Assembly (NCBI GenBank): GCA_008668455.1
Contig: RQCD01000091.1
Coordinates: 1 to 29,282 of the forward strand
Direction: 5' to 3'
DNA length: 29,282 nucleotides
Origin: Clostridia bacterium
GTDB taxonomy: Bacteria; Bacillota; Clostridia; UBA1381
In this document: in pieces, positions 27,055 to 29,282 of the stretch
Numbering within the stretch: the stretch's first letter is position 1
How the letters are laid out: each line of letters opens with the position of its first letter
Made by a program: the position numbers and the translations under genes
The notes under the pieces: model-generated
What the model was told of the DNA's origin: nothing
The model's input: only the letters and a program-made list of their open reading frames with translations
Database searches by the model: none

Positions 27055-28944
27055 ATGAAAACAGGTAAAAAACTATTTTCTGCTTTGCTTGCAGCCGGCA
27101 TTTTGATGTCGCAGACAGCATTTGCCGGGATCGCATCGGCAGCAGACACAGAACCGGTTGCCACACATGGCGACTACTACGCAATCTATCCAAACCAGGA
27201 CGGAACATTTACAGGCGGAACGATCACCACAAATGCTGTAAAAGCAGAATCAGGTTATAGTCAGGAGCAGGATGCATACAAGGCGCATGCGCAGCAGGCA
27301 AGCAACAATGCCATTGAGAATATTTTTAGTGAAACATTAGACAGAAGTAAATATAAGTATGCGGCACTTGCATTTATGTATGACGGAGCAACCTGGGGAG
27401 GTTCAAACTTTGTCGGCTGGATGCTACACTATGATAAAGGGCTGTCAAATTCCAGAAAGAGGGAGCGTGCATTTTCGGATGAAACACCCAATACTACATG
27501 GGAAAAGCATGTTGTAAATCTGGATGAGTTTATTCCGGAATCAACCTTTACCAGGACTAATTTCTTTATGATTTGGCGAAGCGGCACATTTGTCAATGGT
27601 GAAAGCTATACGGTAGACGGCTATCCGACCTTTGACTGCTATGAGAAATACATGGCGTTTTTTGAAAATGAAGAGGATGCAAATGCATACGATCTTTCCA
27701 TTAAGAAGTATTCTATCAATGGAATTGAAGCAAATGTGGACAATGTTGCACACACAATTACCTATAAGCTGGACGGCTTAGACAGCTCCATTTTTGGAAA
27801 CGCAGAACCGGTGATCACACAGGATCCGCTTGCAACTGTTACAAAAACCTCCGGCGATATCGACTATATCAATCCGATCACCTACAGCGTGCAGAACGTT
27901 TTAGGCGAAACGATTGAATATACGGTTAACTTTGACTACGGTCAGGGCGGAGAGGTAGACGGACAGTATGTCATTAGCTTTGATTCTGCTGCAAAGGTAA
28001 GCGCCACGCCGCTGAAATTCTACAACTGGGGAAATCTGATGGAGGATGATTATTCCAGCTTTGACCCAAATACAAATTCGCTCCAGATAACCGAGCAGTG
28101 TTATGGAGGTGAGCTGGGAGTTGTAATTGATAAGGAAATTCCTGATCTGAACAAATACAAGTACATGAAGATTAAATATCGCTATGATGCAAAGCAGTGT
28201 TCTAATGGAACAAGCTATTTCGGCAGCAAGGTCAGTCTGAATAAAACATCCGGGCACGGAGTTACTTTGCGTGATAACTACGGATTTGCATTTGTATCAA
28301 ACGGAACAGTTCCGGGATATTGGTTTACCGATATTGCTGATATTTCCTCTCTTTCAAGAAATGCAGACGCAGATTCAAGAATCCGTTTCACGGCTGGCTT
28401 TAACGATCAGGATCAGAGAATTAGGGTTAGCTATAAGGTGAAATATATTGCTCTGTTTGAAAACTATGCAGACGCAGTTAATTACGACAGCGAAGCAGGA
28501 TTTACCGGTATTTCTATGAGCAACATCAAAGGAAGAAGCATTCGTTCTGCATTTGACTATTACGAGGACGGAAAAACCCCGGATATGATGACCGTGCTTT
28601 ATAAGGACGGAAAGGTAGAATCCATCATTCATGCAGACGCTCCCTCCTATGTGGAATTAAATGAAGCTGGCACAGCATATGAATTTAATGACGGTACCTC
28701 TATCGATACAACAACAACCATGGGCGGAATCATTAAGGAAGATGCAGAAAATGGCATCGGTGAACCGTCCTCCTTTATGGCAGAGCGGACAGCAACCCTC
28801 TCAACAAATCTTTCCGTCACCGGTCTTGCAGACGGAAATTATACAGCTAAAACCTTTGTCTGGACAACAGAGGAAATGAAGCCGTACTGCACAAGCGAGT
28901 CCATTTCCTTTACGATGGAAAACGGAACAATGACGGTAAAATAA
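27055..28944 (+). CDS. Secreted protein E: two copies of the unnamed module flanking a DUF5018-like Ig domain, plus a C-terminal beta domain
   Basis: GAGGAGG RBS and signal peptide. The N-terminal half is colinear with protein A (AHTI...DY..P....V.NVLGE.I.YT). No catalytic motif recognised. Confidence 0.75.
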   Translation: MKTGKKLFSALLAAGILMSQTAFAGIASAADTEPVATHGDYYAIYPNQDGTFTGGTITTNAVKAESGYSQEQDAYKAHAQQASNNAIENIFSETLDRSKYKYAALAFMYDGATWGGSNFVGWMLHYDKGLSNSRKRERAFSDETPNTTWEKHVVNLDEFIPESTFTRTNFFMIWRSGTFVNGESYTVDGYPTFDCYEKYMAFFENEEDANAYDLSIKKYSINGIEANVDNVAHTITYKLDGLDSSIFGNAEPVITQDPLATVTKTSGDIDYINPITYSVQNVLGETIEYTVNFDYGQGGEVDGQYVISFDSAAKVSATPLKFYNWGNLMEDDYSSFDPNTNSLQITEQCYGGELGVVIDKEIPDLNKYKYMKIKYRYDAKQCSNGTSYFGSKVSLNKTSGHGVTLRDNYGFAFVSNGTVPGYWFTDIADISSLSRNADADSRIRFTAGFNDQDQRIRVSYKVKYIALFENYADAVNYDSEAGFTGISMSNIKGRSIRSAFDYYEDGKTPDMMTVLYKDGKVESIIHADAPSYVELNEAGTAYEFNDGTSIDTTTTMGGIIKEDAENGIGEPSSFMAERTATLSTNLSVTGLADGNYTAKTFVWTTEEMKPYCTSESISFTMENGTMTVK

Positions 28945-28955
28945 ATTGTATGAGT

Positions 28956-28987
28956 CAAAAACACAAGGCGTATGCCTTGTGTTTTTG
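28956..28987 (+). terminator. Intrinsic terminator ending the surface-protein cluster
   Basis: CAAAAACACAAGGC-GTAT-GCCTTGTGTTTTTG perfect inverted repeat. Confidence 0.9.
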
Positions 28988-29055
28988 TGTGTTAAAATAA
29001 TCATATCAAATTCACGGCTGATGTGTGAGAGGGCGATTGATTTCGCCCTGCTCTG

Positions 29056-29282
29056 TTAAATCGTAATATGCAGCAGAAAAACTGCAATTTTAAAGTAGAT
29101 TGCCAGAGAAAGTGCATCCCCAATTGTGGGGATAAAGGGACTTGCCATAACGGCAGGGTCAAAACCGATGCGTTTTGCGAGCATCGGAAGAATACATCCG
29201 CCAATTTTTGCACAGAAGATGGTTAAGAGCAGCGTCAGGCAGACAACTGCTGCAACGGCAATTCCAACCCTGTCGAAAAACA
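29056..29282 (-). CDS. mgtE: Magnesium transporter MgtE, C-terminal part (partial)
   Basis: The minus frame from 29280 reads FFDRVGIAVAAVVCLTL...GCILPMLAKRIGFDPAVMASPFIPTIGDALSLAIYF..., the MgtE TM4-TM5 signature. Not in the ORF track. Confidence 0.9.
   Translation of the reverse strand, partial: FFDRVGIAVAAVVCLTLLLTIFCAKIGGCILPMLAKRIGFDPAVMASPFIPTIGDALSLAIYFKIAVFLLHITI

Noticed and set aside
29110..29210. MgtE substitutions (FIPTIGD instead of the usual FITTIVD; KIGG)
   Set aside because: These are single A>C or T>G changes close to the window end and could be low-coverage sequencing errors. They cannot be interpreted without reads.
29001..29213. 70-aa minus-strand ORF
   Set aside because: It is an alternative frame of the mgtE 3' end.

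Overview
Chromosomal segment of a spore-forming Clostridia-type Firmicute (sleB-ypeB, spoIIR, SLH proteins, sigma-A and sigma-F promoters). From left to right it holds six blocks. (1) A divergent sugar locus: alkaline-phosphatase-family gene start, TIM-barrel isomerase and a GH32-like hydrolase. (2) A cobalamin-riboswitch-controlled pair of secreted proteins: a GLUG-like protein and a GLUG / alpha-barrel / DUF4430 protein. (3) A Na/Pi cotransporter with Pho-box-like repeats, divergent from bioY with a BirA operator. (4) ypeB-sleB and spoIIR. (5) A decaying sugar operon: aldolase, DUF4432 epimerase, an internally deleted FGGY kinase and a 5'-truncated GH38, fused head-to-head to the 3' stub of an ABC permease. 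(6) A 13.4 kb cluster of five secreted or surface proteins, followed by the 3' end of mgtE. The most interesting signal is in the surface cluster. An unnamed ~140-aa module recurs five times in four proteins, and a second unnamed domain takes the place of the SLH anchor in two paralog pairs, which suggests a modular surface-display or docking system. All family calls come from motif recognition by eye; no database searches were run.
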